NCBI RefSeq assembly: GCF_963921235.1
Contig: NC_086108.1
Coordinates: forward strand, 28,646,001-28,710,000
Source: Mobula hypostoma
Taxonomy: Eukaryota
Reading direction: 5' to 3'
Length of the DNA: 64,000 bases
Shown: one piece after another, positions 61,978 to 64,000 of the stretch
How the letters are laid out: the number at the start of each line of letters is the position of its first letter
Numbering within the stretch: the first letter of the stretch is position 1
Translations under genes and position numbers: made by a program
Notes under the pieces: generated by a model
The model's input: only the letters and a program-made list of their open reading frames with translations
What the model was told of the DNA's origin: nothing
Databases searched by the model: none

Positions 61978-62036
61978 AGCAACACACATAAAAGTTGCTG
62001 GTGAACGCAGCAGGCCAGGCAGTATCTCTAGGAAGA
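61978..62036 (-). mobile_element. PLE terminal fragment joined to CR1
   Basis: agcaacacacataaaagttgctggtgaacgcagcaggccaggcag, same family as 655-784. Confidence 0.75.
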
Positions 62037-63316
62037 CCCTATCGTTTCCGTCTCCACCACCGCCGCTGGCAGCCCATTCCACGCACTCACCACTCTGTAT
62101 AAAAAAAATTTACCCCTGACATCTCCTCTGTACCTACTTCCAAGCACCTTAAAAATATGCCTTTTCGTGCTAGCCACTTCAACCCTGGGAAAAAGCCACT
62201 GACTATCCACAGGATCAATGCCTCTCATTACCTTGTAGACCTCTATCAGGTCACCTCTCATCCTCCGTCGCTCCAAGGGGAAAAGGCCAAGTTCACTCAA
62301 CCTATTCTCATAAGGCATGCTCCCCAATCCAGGCAACATCCTTGTAAATCTCATCTGCATCCTTTCTATGGTTTCCACGCCCTTCCTGTAGTGAGGCGAC
62401 CAGAATTGAGCACAGTACTCCAAGTGGGGTCTGACCAGGGTCCTATATAGCTGTAACATTAACTCTCGAATCTTAAACTCAATCCCACGGTTGATGAAGG
62501 CCACACACGCCTTCTTAACCACAGAGTCAACCTGTGTAGCAGCTTTGAGTGTCTTATGGACTCGGACCCCAAGATCCCTCTGATCCTCCACACTGCCAAG
62601 AGTCTTGCCATTAATGCTATATTCTGCCATTATATTTGCCTTACCAAAATGAACCACCTCACACTGAATGGGTTGAATTCCATCTGTAACTTCTCAGCCC
62701 AGTATTGCATCCTATTAATGTCTCACTGTAACCTCTGACAGCTCTCCACACTACCCACAACACCCCCAACCTTTGTGTCATTAGCAAATTTACTAACACA
62801 TCCCTCCACTTCCTCATCCAGGTCATTTATAAAAATCACAAAGAGAAGGGGTCTCAGAACAGACCCCTGAGGCACACCACTGGTGACCGACCTCCATGCA
62901 AAATATGACCCATCTACAACCACTCTTTGCCTTCTGTGGGCAAGCCAGTTCTGGATCCACAAAGCAATGTCCCCTTGGATCCCATGCCTCCTTACTTTCT
63001 CAATAAGCCTCGCATGGGATACCTTATCAAATGCCTTGCTAAAATCCATATACACTACATCTAAGGCTCTACCTTCATCAATGTGTTTAGTCACATCCTC
63101 AAAAAATTCAATCAGGCTCGTAAGGCACAACCTGCCTTTGACAAAGCCATGCTGACTATTCCTAATCATATTATGCCTGTCATAATCTTCATAAATGTTC
63201 ATAAATCCTGCCTCTCAGGATCTTCTCCATCAACATACCAACCACTGAAGTAAGAATCACTGGTCTATAATTTCCTGGGCTATCCCTACTCCCTTTCTTG
63301 AATAAGGAAACAACAT
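62037..63316 (-). mobile_element. CR1 LINE RT fragment
   Basis: SQHGFVKGR, YMDFSKAFDKV, SGVPQGSVL, FINDLD, SKFANDTK. Confidence 0.95.
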
Positions 63317-63647
63317 ACTTTGATAATAAATGGACTTTGATATAATATTATAAACAGCATTCAACAAGAAAAGCACAAATATACAAGAAAGAACAATTAG
63401 AAAAAATACAAATTTAGTGCAAAGGAACAGATTATTTGGCCAAATAGATCTTCATTAGAATTTATCTCTACTTGAGACACCCCCATAAGCATATTCTATT
63501 TTCTTTCCTCCTCGTACACTTATCTAGCTACCCATTAAAATCATCTATGCTTTTTGCCCTCCTACTTCTAGCAATAGTGATTTTTCTCTGCCAGTTTATT
63601 ACAGGAACCCCTTTATCTGTTCAACACCAAAACTTCATGGCCAGATA

Positions 63648-63935
63648 AGGTGGCGTGGTAGCGAGGTGGTTAGCACAATGCTTTACAGCCCAGGCGATCG
63701 GGGTTCAGTTGCTGCCACCGCCTGTAATCAGTTTATATGTTCTTCCCATGAACGATGAACGCATGGATTACCTCTGGGTGCTCTGGTTTCTCCCGCATTC
63801 CAAAAGATGTACCAGTTGGTAGATTAATCAGCCATAGTAAATTGTCCCACGATTCAGCTTGGATTAAATCGGGGGGGGGCGGATTGATGGGTAGCACGGC
63901 TTGAAGGGCCTATTCCACACCGTATCTCAATAAAT
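63648..63935 (+). mobile_element. tRNA-derived V-SINE (HE1-like) with CR1-type tail
   Basis: A box tagcgaggtggtt, B-box-like ggttcagtt, V-domain-like tgttcttccc..ctctgggtgctctggtttctcccgcattccaaa, tail gaagggcctattcc..gtatctcaataaa. Confidence 0.8.
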
Positions 63936-64000
63936 TCTGAGAACAAGGAGGTTTTGCAGAGTTTAACTAACAACTAAATGTAGAAGAACAATAATATTAA

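Noticed and set aside
655..62036. Dispersed short repeats as a CRISPR-like array
   Set aside because: Scattered, in both orientations, TSD-flanked and homologous to the PLE terminus; eukaryotic intron context

Overview
Vertebrate genomic DNA, most likely a cartilaginous fish (ray/shark); this is inferred from the HE1/V-SINE-like, CR1, Rex1/Babar and Penelope repeat content. One host gene is visible: the first four coding exons of ACBD6 (acyl-CoA-binding domain protein 6) on the minus strand (60400-60588, 44773-44837, 43762-43858, 388-467). All have GT-AG splice sites and join in frame; the gene continues past the left edge. A CpG-rich promoter lies near 60.6-60.8 kb. The rest is intronic or upstream DNA packed with nested, decayed transposons: CR1, Rex1/Babar, RTE and L1 LINEs, Penelope-like elements (PLE), SINEs, Tc1, Tigger/pogo, two hAT elements and LTR remnants. 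Four signals stand out. (i) PLE ends carry a minimal hammerhead-ribozyme motif and have spread as short (84-192 bp) TSD-flanked, often fold-back insertions whose 5' breakpoints cluster at the ribozyme. (ii) A young element closely resembles mammalian MER2 but carries about 600 bp of extra cargo. (iii) One SINE body occurs with two different tails. (iv) Repeat-poor, homeodomain/SOX-motif-rich intronic blocks may be enhancers. Repeat family names come from motif recognition, not database searches. Boundaries without TSDs or TIRs are approximate.
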